A stretch of 64,000 nt of DNA, from assembly GCA_041484665.1 (NCBI GenBank), contig JBGPIA010000002.1, positions 608,001 through 672,000 of the forward strand. The letters run 5' to 3'. A program made the translations under genes and the position numbers. Below, piece by piece: positions 7,907 through 17,866 of the stretch. The notes under the pieces were generated by a model. The model saw only the letters and a list, made by a program, of their open reading frames with translations, made no database searches and was not told the origin of the DNA. Source of the DNA: Candidatus Krumholzibacteriia bacterium (GTDB lineage Bacteria; Krumholzibacteriota; Krumholzibacteriia; JAJRXK01). The stretch's first letter is position 1; each line of letters opens with the position of its first letter.

Positions 7907-10372
7907 TCAGCGCTCGATGGCCAGCGTGAGTTGGGAGCGCCGGCCCTCGTGATCGAGCACTACGAGGTAGAGGCCGCTGGCCACCGGGCGTGTGTCGTAG
8001 GTGAAGTCGCTGGTGGCGATGCGCGCGTCCCAGACCAGATCGCCGGCGCGCACGTCGACCGGCTCGGGCAAGAGCTTCACGCCCGCCAGCGTGTAGATCT
8101 GGACCTGACAGGTGCCCTCGAATCCTCCCAGGCGCACACCGGCCTGGCCCGCGCGCAGCGGATTGGGATAGAGGTAGATCGCAGGCGCGGCGGCAGGGGC
8201 GGGCGTGATCGCCGCCACGTCCAGCACTGCGAACCCCGTCTGCGTTCCGATCAGCAGGTGGTCGCGCGGCGCGTCGTACCCCAGCGCGAAGACGTTCGCG
8301 CCCGGCAGGGGGCTGATGACCTCCGGCGAGTAGAGCTGGCCGTCGAAGGCGGGCAGGGTCGTGAAGGCGTCGACGGCGAGATCCTGCTGGCTGCCCGTCA
8401 CGCGGTTGAGCCCCGCCGCTGTCGCCACCCACAGCGCGCCGAAGTGGTCGAATTGCATCGCCGCCACGTTCGCCGACAACAGACCCGGTCCGAACAGGCG
8501 CTCGCCGAACTGGTCCAGGCCGATCAGCAGCGTGTCCGGGCGGACGTACTGGATATGGAGGAGTCCCTCGTCGGAGCTCCCGATCCACAGCGTGTTGTCC
8601 GGCGCGATGGCGATGGCGCGCGGGCTGCGCAGCGCGACTCCGGAGATGAGCGACCCCTGCAGGCGCGCCTGCCCGATCAGGTCCCAGCGCACCGGATTGA
8701 CCGCAGTCTGCGCGAGCGTCTCATCGCCGGCCGGTCCGTCGGTGTCCCAACGCTGGACCCCCTGGCCGTCCACCGCGATCCACGCGATGCCGCCGGGGCC
8801 GAAGGTGACCCCGCGCACCGACTCGCCGACGAGCTGGCTGTTCTGCAGGCGCAGCTGCATCCAGGAGGTCGCCGGCACCGGGTCGGACGGATCGAGCAGG
8901 ATGTCGATCCCCCTGTCGAGGGTGCTCGTCGGGGAGCCGCCGCCGTCGCTGAGGAACCACAGCCGGCCCACGGGATCCTGCGCCACGACCACCACGCGGC
9001 GCGTGCGGATTCCGCTGTTCTGGTCGGTGTAGCTCTCGTAGACCGCCTCGCGCGGATCATCGCTCGCGTGCGGGACCACGCGCGTGACGCAGTCGGGCAG
9101 GGTACTGACCCACAGCGAGCCGTCGCGGGCGCGCAGCACAGAGATCTTGGTGCGGGCGGTGCACCAGCCCACGCCTGCCACCGCCGCGTCGAGATTGTAG
9201 GCGACCGCGCTGCCCTCGGGTCGCAGATGGGTGACGCCTGCGCGGCTGGCCTCGGTGGCCATCCAGGCTCCGCCGGCGCCGTCGGACGCGACGGCGGCGC
9301 TGCCCCGGGTGCTGGCGCCGAACATGCGCCGCAGGACCGCGCTGGCACCTTCGTCTGCCCGCAGGAACACTGACCGCGGATCCTGAGCGATCGCCTGCGC
9401 ATCGCGCTGCGTCCCGCCCAGCCAGAGCTGGCCGTCGGGCGCGGCCCCGGCGCACAGCAGCTCGCGATCCACGCTCGCCACCGATGCCACCTGCCAGGCC
9501 GCACTCCGCGGGGGGAGCTGATACACGCGCTGGGCGCCGGACACGGGGAACGAGAGGGCAACCACGGTGCTGTCCGAGAGCGCCAGGTTGCGGATCCCCT
9601 CGGCAAGGCCGGCGGCGGCCGGCACCCAGCTCTGCGCCGCGTCGTCGAACCAGTGCACGCCCAGGTCGGTGGCGACGAACACGCCGCGTGGCCCGGCCAC
9701 GATGTCGTAGATGAAGACCCGCCCCAGGCCCTGATCACGCGTCGTGAAGACATTGCTGGCGAACTCGCTCACACCGGCCACCGTGCCGAACCAGGCACGT
9801 CCGCCCCAGGCGGCCACTGCGCGCACGCCGTCGGCGACCAGGCCATCGCCCACGGTGTAGGTGGCCTCCGGCAGCCCGCCCACGATGCGCCCGGCGCCTT
9901 GATCCGTGCCGTAGAAGACCACGTCGCCGTCGGCGGCGAGCGTAGTCACCTTCGGCTGCAGCAGGCTCGTGATGCGCCGCACGGCGAAGGAGGCGTCCAG
10001 ACGGACGATCCCTCCGCCATTGGTGGCGATCCACAGCCGGCCCTGGGCATCGGTCGCGACATCGAGCAGCCCGTTGACCGTCAGGCCCTCGCGGGTCGTG
10101 AGCACCTCGACCGCGAACGTGGCCGGGTCGAGCAGCAGCAATCCGCCCACCTTGTCCGCGCCGGCGAGCCGCCCGTTCCAGGGGACCAGTTGCTGGATCT
10201 CCTCGGCGGGCAGGAATACCGACCAGGCGGACGGGTCGTGCAGGCCCGCTGCCTGCGCTGCGCCGGTCGTAACCCCGCGCAGCGCTGGGGGCGCCGGCAG
10301 CGCCACGAGCACCACCAGCGCGAGCAGCGCCGGCAGCGCGAGCGACGTCAGCACGGTGATGTGTCGGCTCAT
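7907..10372 (-). CDS. Secreted beta-propeller protein with C-terminal T9SS/FlgD-type Ig domain (PorZ-like)
   Basis: Start re-set to ATG 10372 (overlaps upstream stop). Signal peptide; repeated DxxGxLWIAT propeller blades; C-terminus IYLYPNP..VQIYTLAG..VWD..VASGLYLV. Confidence 0.78.
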   Translation of the reverse strand: MSRHITVLTSLALPALLALVVLVALPAPPALRGVTTGAAQAAGLHDPSAWSVFLPAEEIQQLVPWNGRLAGADKVGGLLLLDPATFAVEVLTTREGLTVNGLLDVATDAQGRLWIATNGGGIVRLDASFAVRRITSLLQPKVTTLAADGDVVFYGTDQGAGRIVGGLPEATYTVGDGLVADGVRAVAAWGGRAWFGTVAGVSEFASNVFTTRDQGLGRVFIYDIVAGPRGVFVATDLGVHWFDDAAQSWVPAAAGLAEGIRNLALSDSTVVALSFPVSGAQRVYQLPPRSAAWQVASVASVDRELLCAGAAPDGQLWLGGTQRDAQAIAQDPRSVFLRADEGASAVLRRMFGASTRGSAAVASDGAGGAWMATEASRAGVTHLRPEGSAVAYNLDAAVAGVGWCTARTKISVLRARDGSLWVSTLPDCVTRVVPHASDDPREAVYESYTDQNSGIRTRRVVVVAQDPVGRLWFLSDGGGSPTSTLDRGIDILLDPSDPVPATSWMQLRLQNSQLVGESVRGVTFGPGGIAWIAVDGQGVQRWDTDGPAGDETLAQTAVNPVRWDLIGQARLQGSLISGVALRSPRAIAIAPDNTLWIGSSDEGLLHIQYVRPDTLLIGLDQFGERLFGPGLLSANVAAMQFDHFGALWVATAAGLNRVTGSQQDLAVDAFTTLPAFDGQLYSPEVISPLPGANVFALGYDAPRDHLLIGTQTGFAVLDVAAITPAPAAAPAIYLYPNPLRAGQAGVRLGGFEGTCQVQIYTLAGVKLLPEPVDVRAGDLVWDARIATSDFTYDTRPVASGLYLVVLDHEGRRSQLTLAIER

Positions 10373-12477
10373 GAGCGCGCTCGCGTGGAAACGGGCACCG
10401 GATGCCAGCGGTCGCGGCTCCCCATGAGCCGCCAGAACCCCGACAGGAAGAGATCGAGGTCGAGGGTCAAGGACCAGCGCTCGAGGTACTCCAGGTCGTC
10501 TGCGATCAGCTGCCCCAGGGCTGCCCCCCGGGGTGCCTGCTGCCAGAAGCCCGTCAGCCCGGGCTTCACCGCGAACCGTAGCAACTGGATCGGACCGAGC
10601 TCCTCCTCGACGCCGGCGGGCAGGGGGCAGGGCCCCACCAAGCTCAAGCGCCCGGCGAGCACCTGCACGAACAGGGGAAGCTGGACGATTCCCCAGAGCG
10701 GAGCGCCGCTGCGCCGCAGCACCAGCTCGCGCCAGCGCAGGCGCTGCCGGCGGTGGCCCAGACGCTGCTGCGCGCCGAGCGCGACCAGCCGCAGCGGCCA
10801 TCCCAACGTGCAGCATACCACGAAGCCGGGCAGCGACAACAGGCACAGCAGCGCTCCCAGGGGCCGGTCCAGGAGCGCCTTGAGCCATGCCCCTTCGCCG
10901 CAGGCGGCCGGTGGGCGGACGCTCCACCAGGTGAGCCCGTGGCGCCGCCGAGCGGTGTCCGGCCCGGCGGCGGCCGCGGCCCATGGTTGTTGAAGCAGCA
11001 CGACCGCTCCCCCGGCGGCCAGCTCGCGCACCGCCGCCTCCATCCGCTCGTGGGGGGCGTCCTGTGCGTCCACGAGCACCTCGCCCGCGCGATAGCGCTC
11101 CGCGATCTCGCCCGCCTCCTCCACAGCGCCCAGGCGGCGCAGGCCCGCCGGGACGTCACCGTCGGTCGTGACCGCCCCGGCCACGACCAGCCCGGACCCC
11201 GACGACTGCGCCAGCGTGCGGGCGAGCTGCGCGGCTCGCACCGGGCTGCCCAGCAGCAGGGCCCGCGTTACACCCGGCGCGCCGCCTGCGCCGCCCAGCA
11301 CGCGCTCGCGCAGCAGCCGCGCCAGCTGCAGACCCAGAGTGTACACGGGGAACAGCAGCAGGATCACCGCGCGGCTGAACGTGCGCGTGTGGGAGACGAA
11401 GGTCCCCGACATGACCAGCAACGTCACCAGCAGCGCGGTGCGCCCGGCCGTGAGCCACTGCGTCATGCGCCGCGCCGCGCCGCGCTGCCGGTAGCGCCCC
11501 AGGAGCGGCAGCGTCACCAGCGCCACCAGGTTGGTGAACAGCAGCAGCGGCACGTAGTCGGCGAGGTCGAAGAGTGGCTCGGGGAACAGCGGATCGACCG
11601 CCCGCCGCGCGTAGAACGCGCCCAGGAACGACGCGTTCAGCAGCAGGATGTCCGCCACGACCGCCGTCAGCGTCTCCCAGCCGGGGCGCAGGTGCTTGGT
11701 CACGTACACCAGCGCGCCCCACTTGTCGTAGAAGCTCAGGAAGCTGCGCAGATGGTAGAGCAGCGTCTTGCCGACCCGCCCGCTGCTGCGCCGGTACTGG
11801 TGCACGAACGCCGCGCTTGGGAAGTAGTGGACCTCGTAGCCCGCAGCCCACATGCGGTAGCACCAGTCGACGTCCTCGAAATAGAGGAAGAAGCGCCCGT
11901 CCATGGGCCCGACACGCTCGACGGCGTCGCGGCGCGCCATCATCCAGGCGCCCATCACCCAGTCCACGGGCCGTGGTGCGTCCAGGTCGTCGTCGAGCAT
12001 CAGGTGCGCGCGCAGCGCCGGGTGGGCCGGCCACAGCCGCCCGAGCGGCGTGCGCCGCAACAGGATGGTGGTGAGCGTATAGAAGCGCCGCGCGCTCCGC
12101 TGGACCGACCCATCGGCGTTGAGCAGGCGCGCGCCCAGGAGCCCCACTTCGGGGTGCGCGTTCAGGTAGGCCAGCGCGCTGTCGACACCCCCCTCGCTCA
12201 GCTCGACATCGGGGTTGATCACCAAGAAGGCGCGCCCGGAGGCGGCGGCGATGCCGGCGTTGACCGCCCGCGCGTAGCCCACGTTGCGCCCCATGGAGAT
12301 GACGCGGGCCTGCGGTGCGCGCGCCGCGAGCCGCTCGGCGACGCCATCGCCAGGAGCGTTGTCCAGCACGAGGATCTCGTGCGCAGCGGAGACCGGATGG
12401 CGCTCCAGGCTGTCGAAGAAGCGCTCCAGCGGCTCTGCGCTGTGATAGTTGACCAGGATCAGCGTGAGCTCTGTCAT
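10369..12477 (-). CDS. GT2 glycosyltransferase fused to TM bundle, Rossmann-like domain and degenerate bacterial sugar transferase (PGT) domain
   Basis: N-terminal ILVNY, NVGYARAVN, INPD, FFLYFEDVDWC; C-terminal LSLVGP, VKPGLTGFWQ, DLEYLERWSLTLDL. Confidence 0.85.
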   Translation of the reverse strand: MTELTLILVNYHSAEPLERFFDSLERHPVSAAHEILVLDNAPGDGVAERLAARAPQARVISMGRNVGYARAVNAGIAAASGRAFLVINPDVELSEGGVDSALAYLNAHPEVGLLGARLLNADGSVQRSARRFYTLTTILLRRTPLGRLWPAHPALRAHLMLDDDLDAPRPVDWVMGAWMMARRDAVERVGPMDGRFFLYFEDVDWCYRMWAAGYEVHYFPSAAFVHQYRRSSGRVGKTLLYHLRSFLSFYDKWGALVYVTKHLRPGWETLTAVVADILLLNASFLGAFYARRAVDPLFPEPLFDLADYVPLLLFTNLVALVTLPLLGRYRQRGAARRMTQWLTAGRTALLVTLLVMSGTFVSHTRTFSRAVILLLFPVYTLGLQLARLLRERVLGGAGGAPGVTRALLLGSPVRAAQLARTLAQSSGSGLVVAGAVTTDGDVPAGLRRLGAVEEAGEIAERYRAGEVLVDAQDAPHERMEAAVRELAAGGAVVLLQQPWAAAAAGPDTARRRHGLTWWSVRPPAACGEGAWLKALLDRPLGALLCLLSLPGFVVCCTLGWPLRLVALGAQQRLGHRRQRLRWRELVLRRSGAPLWGIVQLPLFVQVLAGRLSLVGPCPLPAGVEEELGPIQLLRFAVKPGLTGFWQQAPRGAALGQLIADDLEYLERWSLTLDLDLFLSGFWRLMGSRDRWHPVPVSTRARS

Positions 12478-12505
12478 GGTGCAGCGCCGCCGGCCGGCCG
12501 CCCGT

Positions 12506-13213
12506 CTAGCGTCCTCCGAGCACCCGTAGGCGCCACACCATCCACGCCGCCTCCCAGACGATGCGCTGCGACATTTTGCTCATGCCCACGACGCGATCGG
12601 TGAAGATGATGGGGATCTCCTTGATCCGGAACCCACGTTTCCAGGCGTGATAGTTCAGCTCGATCTGGAAGGAGTAGCCGTCGCTGCGCACGCGCTCGAG
12701 CGGAATCCCCTCCAGCGTCCGGCGCCGGAAGCACTTGAATCCGCCCGTGCAGTCTTTGAGCGGCAGTCCGGTCACGAGGCTGGCGTAGAGGTTGGCCGCG
12801 ACCGACAGGATCAAGCGTGACAGCGGCCAGTTGATGACCGTGACGCCGTGCAGGTAGCGGCTGCCCACGATCAGGTCGGCCTCCTGCACCGCCTCGAGGA
12901 ACTTCGGCAACGACGCCGGGTCGTGGGAGAAGTCGGCGTCCATCTCGAAGACGAACTCCGCGTCGGTCTGCTCAAGGGCGTAGCGGAAACCGGCGATGTA
13001 GGCCGAGCCCAGCCCGCGCTTGGCAGGCCGGTGCAGGCAGCGGACGCGGGGCTCGTGCGCGGCGAGGGCGTCGACCGCCGGGCCGGTGCCGTCGGGGCTG
13101 TTGTCGTCGACGACCAGCACGCACAGATCGCGATCCTGGGCCAGCACCTGCGGGATGAGCCGCACGATGTTCTCGCGCTCGTTGTAGGTCGGGATGACGA
13201 CCAGTGCCTTCAT
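12506..13213 (-). CDS. Polyprenol monophosphomannose synthase (Ppm1/DPM1-like GT2)
   Basis: VVIPTYNERENI, VDDNSPDGTG, GLGSAY, EMDADFSHDP, DCTGGFKCFRR, GYSFQIE, SKMS. Confidence 0.92.
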   Translation of the reverse strand: MKALVVIPTYNERENIVRLIPQVLAQDRDLCVLVVDDNSPDGTGPAVDALAAHEPRVRCLHRPAKRGLGSAYIAGFRYALEQTDAEFVFEMDADFSHDPASLPKFLEAVQEADLIVGSRYLHGVTVINWPLSRLILSVAANLYASLVTGLPLKDCTGGFKCFRRRTLEGIPLERVRSDGYSFQIELNYHAWKRGFRIKEIPIIFTDRVVGMSKMSQRIVWEAAWMVWRLRVLGGR

Positions 13214-13244
13214 GCAATCCTCCGCAGCATCCAGCGGCCCGGCC

Positions 13245-15746
13245 TCACGCCGCGGCGGCCGGACGCCGCCAGGCGCTGACGGCGCCTACCGCCAGGCCCA
13301 GCATGGTCACGGCACCGGCGGAGAGGCTGATCCAGGTGCCCACATGGAAGCTGCGAGCCGTGAACTGGAAGCGCACCACGTGGCTACCGGCGGGCAGCGC
13401 CACCGCGCGCAGCGCGTAGTCGGCGCGCAGTACGGGGGCGGGGTGTCCGTCCACGGTGGCGCTCCAGTCCGGATAGTAGATGTCGGCCGTGACCAGCACC
13501 GCGGGCGCGGGTGCCTGCGCTTCGTACTCCACCCAGTTGTAACCTTCCGCGCGCACGCGCGCGGCCGCCGGTTCGGGCAAGGGCGCGGCTGCAGGCTGCG
13601 GCGCCGGATCGGGCGGCTGTGCGAGGATTACCGTGCGCGCGGGGTCGAAGCCCGGTGCCAGCACGCGGTTCAGCACGCTGGGCGCGGGCTCGCTGGCGGG
13701 CGTACCGCGCGCCGGGTCCTCCAGCTCGAACGCTCTCACCAGCCATCCACGGGGGCGGGCCGAGCGGTTGCGGTAGACCACGCCATCGTCGCCCGCGTAG
13801 ACCGGCTCACGCTGCAGCGACATGCCGTGCGCCTCTAGGGCGTCCAGCCATTCCGGCGGCAGCGGCTGGTCGAACACGACGAACTCCGCCGCCAGCAGGT
13901 TGGCCAGCTCCACGCGCGGCTCGCGGTCGTAGAGGCGCGCGCGGATGTCCTCGTAGGCTTTCAACTTCGCTGGGTGGTAGCCCCCCAGGCTCACGATCTG
14001 CTGCGCTGCCAGGCTGTTGTCCGCCGCCAGGCGCCCCCCCGGCCACACGCGCGGGCGCGGCCCCTGCTGCTTGAGCCAGCGGGTCAAGGCACTGCCCTCT
14101 ACCGCCGCACGCAGTGTGTTCGGCTCCTGCACCACCGCAGGGCTGGGTACGACGACCACCTGGCTGCCCTGGCGCGCCAGACCGGGCAGCGTGCGCTCGG
14201 GGTGGACGATGGGACGTCCCACGGCGAAGTAGTCCAGGAAGAGCCCGAGCGCGATGGCGCCGCTGGCCCAGGCCGCGGGGAGGCGGCGGCGGCCGAGCGC
14301 GACGCAGCAGCCGACGCTGGCCAGGATCAGCAGCCCCAGGCGCACCGCGTCGCGCCGCGCCAGGTCGGCGGCAAAGGCCAGGACGGCCGACGGCAGCTCG
14401 GGCCGCGCCCGCTGCCAAACCGCCATCGAGTTGGTGCGCAGCGCATCGGCGCCGATGGTGCCCAGCAGCAGCAGCACAGCGCCGCAGAGCGCAACGACCA
14501 CGGCGCTGGGCGGCGAGAGCCACCGTGGGCGCGGCACCTGCTCGTCGGCGAGCCGGCGCGCGATGGCGTCCAGCCCCGTCGCCGCCAGCAGCAGCAACGT
14601 CCACTGCTGCAGGATTAGGATCATCACCGGCACGCGGAACTTCTTGAAGCCCGGCAGCGCGCGAAACATCAGGTCGTACAGCAGGCTGTGCTTGCCCATC
14701 GCCACGAGCGTGGCCAGCCCCGCCACCGCCAGCAACCACCAGCACCAGCGGTCGCGGCGCAGCAGCAGCGCCGCCAGCGCCAGAGCGAGCACCGGCGCGC
14801 CCACGTAGTTGGGGTAGTCCGTAAAGGGCATGCCGCCGGCGTAGCTCCCGCGCCCATAGCCTTTGGCCGTGGGCCACCAGAACGTGTCCAGCTCGGAGGG
14901 CGGCAGGCTCCAGGCCGTGGCGTAATCGTAGGTGGTCCCACCGCCCTGACTGCCCGCGCCGCGGATGGAATGCGCCTGGTACTCCCACACTGGCAGGTAG
15001 ATCACCGCGGCCGCGGCCAGCGCCAGCAGACACGCACAGGCCAGCATGGCGGCGCGCTGCAGCGCCGTCCGCCGCGCGGCGGGAGCGCGCAGCATGGGCC
15101 ACAGCAGGATCGCCGTCCACAACCCGCCGGCGAGCGCGGTGTAGTAGACGATCTGCACATGCCCGCGCAGCAACTGCATGGCCAGCGACGCCGCCAGCCC
15201 GAAGGCGAACAACCAGCGCCCGCGGCGCAGCACCCCCTCCAGGCACCACAGCGTGAGCGGCAGCCAGGCGAACGTCCCCACCTTGGTGCCGTGCCCGTAG
15301 GCGCACCACGCCTGGACCTGCGGGATCGCCACCACCAGGGCCCCGGCGGCGGCCGACGCCGGCAGCGACAGGCCACGCCAGCGAGCGTAGGCGGCGGTGA
15401 AGAACCCCGCGAGCAGCAGGTGAACGAGCAGCCAGGTCATGGGGGGGGCGTGCAGATGCGCGTCGAGCCATGCCAACGGCAGCTGCAGCGGGTAGACGTT
15501 GGGCGTGTAGCTGAGGCTGGCGAACGACGGCATGCCGGCGAACACGAAGGGATTCCACAGCGGGTACTCGCCAGCGGCACGCGCCGCGTCGCCCACCACC
15601 TTGAAGGCCTCCGCGGCCTGCGCGTCGCTGCTTGTGTAGATCTTGCCGCGCAACGCGATGTCGGAGTGCACGACCACAACGGCGAACCAGACCACTGCCA
15701 GCAGCAAGAGGAGCTCCGCCGCACCGCGCCGCCTGCCCAGCATCAT
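13245..15746 (-). CDS. YfhO-family GT-C membrane glycosyltransferase
   Basis: GEYPLWNPFVFAGMP, GHVQIVYY, FKKFRVP, many TMs; C-terminal YYPDWSATVDG..RADYALRAVALPAGSHVVRF. Confidence 0.85.
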   Translation of the reverse strand: MMLGRRRGAAELLLLLAVVWFAVVVVHSDIALRGKIYTSSDAQAAEAFKVVGDAARAAGEYPLWNPFVFAGMPSFASLSYTPNVYPLQLPLAWLDAHLHAPPMTWLLVHLLLAGFFTAAYARWRGLSLPASAAAGALVVAIPQVQAWCAYGHGTKVGTFAWLPLTLWCLEGVLRRGRWLFAFGLAASLAMQLLRGHVQIVYYTALAGGLWTAILLWPMLRAPAARRTALQRAAMLACACLLALAAAAVIYLPVWEYQAHSIRGAGSQGGGTTYDYATAWSLPPSELDTFWWPTAKGYGRGSYAGGMPFTDYPNYVGAPVLALALAALLLRRDRWCWWLLAVAGLATLVAMGKHSLLYDLMFRALPGFKKFRVPVMILILQQWTLLLLAATGLDAIARRLADEQVPRPRWLSPPSAVVVALCGAVLLLLGTIGADALRTNSMAVWQRARPELPSAVLAFAADLARRDAVRLGLLILASVGCCVALGRRRLPAAWASGAIALGLFLDYFAVGRPIVHPERTLPGLARQGSQVVVVPSPAVVQEPNTLRAAVEGSALTRWLKQQGPRPRVWPGGRLAADNSLAAQQIVSLGGYHPAKLKAYEDIRARLYDREPRVELANLLAAEFVVFDQPLPPEWLDALEAHGMSLQREPVYAGDDGVVYRNRSARPRGWLVRAFELEDPARGTPASEPAPSVLNRVLAPGFDPARTVILAQPPDPAPQPAAAPLPEPAAARVRAEGYNWVEYEAQAPAPAVLVTADIYYPDWSATVDGHPAPVLRADYALRAVALPAGSHVVRFQFTARSFHVGTWISLSAGAVTMLGLAVGAVSAWRRPAAAA

Positions 15747-15941
15747 GCCCCCCTCGAGGAACCCGGCCTGCCCGCCCGCCGCGGCTCCGCGTGCGCGGTG
15801 CGCCAGCTGCCCGCCGATGCTACCACACGCTCCTGCAGCGGTCGCCGGCGGCCTGCGGCCCGTGCGGCCCGCCGGGCGCTGCCGGCCACCTGGCCCATTC
15901 CGGGCCTGCTCGGTCAGCGCTTCGTCCGGTGCGCCACGCGC

Positions 15942-16856
15942 TCAGTCTGCGACAGGATGTTGCTGCCCACCGCCCACCCCATCGCGCCACGCCTCCGCTT
16001 GCGCTAGGGCCGAGCGGGGGCTCCCGCGCAGGAGCAGCCATCCGGCGAGCAGCGCCTCGCGCAGTACCAGCGCGGGGGCCGCCGTGGGCCACTGCCAGGG
16101 CCGTGCGTGGCGCGCCAGCAGCCGCCAGGCGGCGCGGCTCTTGTGGTAGACCTTGAACGCGGACGCGTGCCCGCCCACCGAAGCGCTGACCTTGTGGTAC
16201 ACGACGGCCTGCGGCACGTAGGCGATGCGCGCGCCGCGCGCGCGCGCCCGCAGGCAGAAGTCAGCGTCCTCGCCGTAGATATAGAAGCCGTCGTCCAGGC
16301 CTCCCAGCGCGCTCCACAGCTGCGCGCGCACGGCGAGCGCGCAGCCCGTCACCCAGTCGGTAGGACCCGCGGGATCACGCCCGCTGGTGGTCCGCGCCCG
16401 CAGCGCGCGGTGGCGCCAGAGCCCCAGCCACAGGTTGGCCTCCCCTCCCCCGTACCAGATGCGGTCGGGCCGGGCGGAGTAGCAGATGCGCGGGCCGGCG
16501 ATCTGCAGCGCTGGATCGGCGGCGAATGCGCTGCCCAGCGCGCGCAGCATCCCCGGATCGACCGTAGTGTCGTTGTTGAGCAGCAGCACCACGTCGGCCC
16601 CCTGCGCGAGGAGCGCCTGCGCGCCGGCGTTGTTGCCGCCTGCGAAGCGCAGATTGGCCGGCAGGCGGAGGACGCGCACGTTCGGGTAGTGGGCCTCGAC
16701 CCAGTCGGCACTGCCATCGCGGCTCGCATTGTCCGCCACAAGCGCGATCCGGTCGGCATAATCGCAGGCGAGGAGGCTGGGCAGGCACTCGCGCAGGTGC
16801 GCGAGGCCGTTCCAGTTGAGGACCACGACCCCGATGCGCGGCAGCGCGGACGCCAT
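15942..16856 (-). CDS. GT2 glycosyltransferase (WbbL/rhamnosyltransferase-like)
   Basis: VVVLNWNG, DNASRDGS, NLRFAGGNN, LLNND, YGEDADFCLR. Confidence 0.9.
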   Translation of the reverse strand: MASALPRIGVVVLNWNGLAHLRECLPSLLACDYADRIALVADNASRDGSADWVEAHYPNVRVLRLPANLRFAGGNNAGAQALLAQGADVVLLLNNDTTVDPGMLRALGSAFAADPALQIAGPRICYSARPDRIWYGGGEANLWLGLWRHRALRARTTSGRDPAGPTDWVTGCALAVRAQLWSALGGLDDGFYIYGEDADFCLRARARGARIAYVPQAVVYHKVSASVGGHASAFKVYHKSRAAWRLLARHARPWQWPTAAPALVLREALLAGWLLLRGSPRSALAQAEAWRDGVGGGQQHPVAD

Positions 16857-16864
16857 CGCGGTCG

Positions 16865-17866
16865 CTAGTCCTCGTCGAGCAGCTGGTAGTGTGCCGCCGT
16901 GTCCCGCGAGGCTACCAGCAGCTCGGCCAACAGCCCCAGGCTCACGAACTGCACGGCCAACAGCAGCAGCGCGATGCCCAAGAGCATCAGGGGGCGCAGG
17001 CGCAGGCCGTGGCCCCCGAGCCAGATGGCGAGGAAATAGACGCAGATCCCGCCCCCCACCAACGCGAACAGCGCGGACAGGCGCCCGAAGAAGTGCAAGG
17101 GCGAGGTGCCCCGTCTCGCCAGGAACATGACCGTCATCAGATCGAACAGTCCGTTGAGGAAGCGCGCCCGGCCGAACTTGGTGGTGCCGTAGCGGCGCGC
17201 GTGGTGCGCCACCTTCTCCTCGGTCACGCGGAAGCCCTGCAGGTGCGCCAGCGCCGGCAGGTAGCGATGGAGCTCGCCGTAGACGACCAGCGACTGCGTG
17301 ACCTCACGGCGGTAGGCCTTCAAGCCACAGTTGAAATCGTGCAGGCGCAAACCGCAAGCCACACCCGTGACGAAGTTGAACAGCTTGCTGGTGGAGGTCT
17401 TGACCAGCGGATCCTTGCGGTGGTGCTTCCACCCGCTCACCAGGTCGTAGCCTTCCGCCAGCCGCTCCACCAGCTTGGGAATCTCGCCGGGCTCGTCTTG
17501 GAGGTCGGCGTCGATGGTGACGACCACGCTGCCACGCGCGTGCTTGAACCCCACGGCCAGCGCCGCGGACTTGCCGTAGTTGCGCCGGAAGCTCAGCAGC
17601 CGCAGCTGCGCGTGGCGCCGCTGCAACTCGCGCGCCACCTCGCGCGTGGCGTCGGTGCTGCCGTCGTTGATCACCAGGATCTCCGTGCGCGCGGTGAGCG
17701 GAGCGGTCGCGGCTGCGATCCGCTCCACCAGCTCCGGCAGGCTCTCCGCCTCGTTGTACGCCGGCACGAGCACGGTGAGGTCGGCCAGCGCCCCCGCCCG
17801 GAACAGCGCCGCAACTGCGGACGCGCGCGCCGGGACCAGGCCGGCCGTGCCGGGCGCAGCGCTCAC
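16865..17866 (-). CDS. Polyprenyl-phosphate glycosyltransferase (ArnC/GtrB-like GT2 with two C-terminal TMs)
   Basis: Start taken as GTG 17866 overlapping the upstream stop. LVPAYNE, INDGSTD, RNYGKSAAL, DADLQDEP, DFNCGLKAYR, GELHRYLP. Confidence 0.9.
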   Translation of the reverse strand: MSAAPGTAGLVPARASAVAALFRAGALADLTVLVPAYNEAESLPELVERIAAATAPLTARTEILVINDGSTDATREVARELQRRHAQLRLLSFRRNYGKSAALAVGFKHARGSVVVTIDADLQDEPGEIPKLVERLAEGYDLVSGWKHHRKDPLVKTSTSKLFNFVTGVACGLRLHDFNCGLKAYRREVTQSLVVYGELHRYLPALAHLQGFRVTEEKVAHHARRYGTTKFGRARFLNGLFDLMTVMFLARRGTSPLHFFGRLSALFALVGGGICVYFLAIWLGGHGLRLRPLMLLGIALLLLAVQFVSLGLLAELLVASRDTAAHYQLLDED

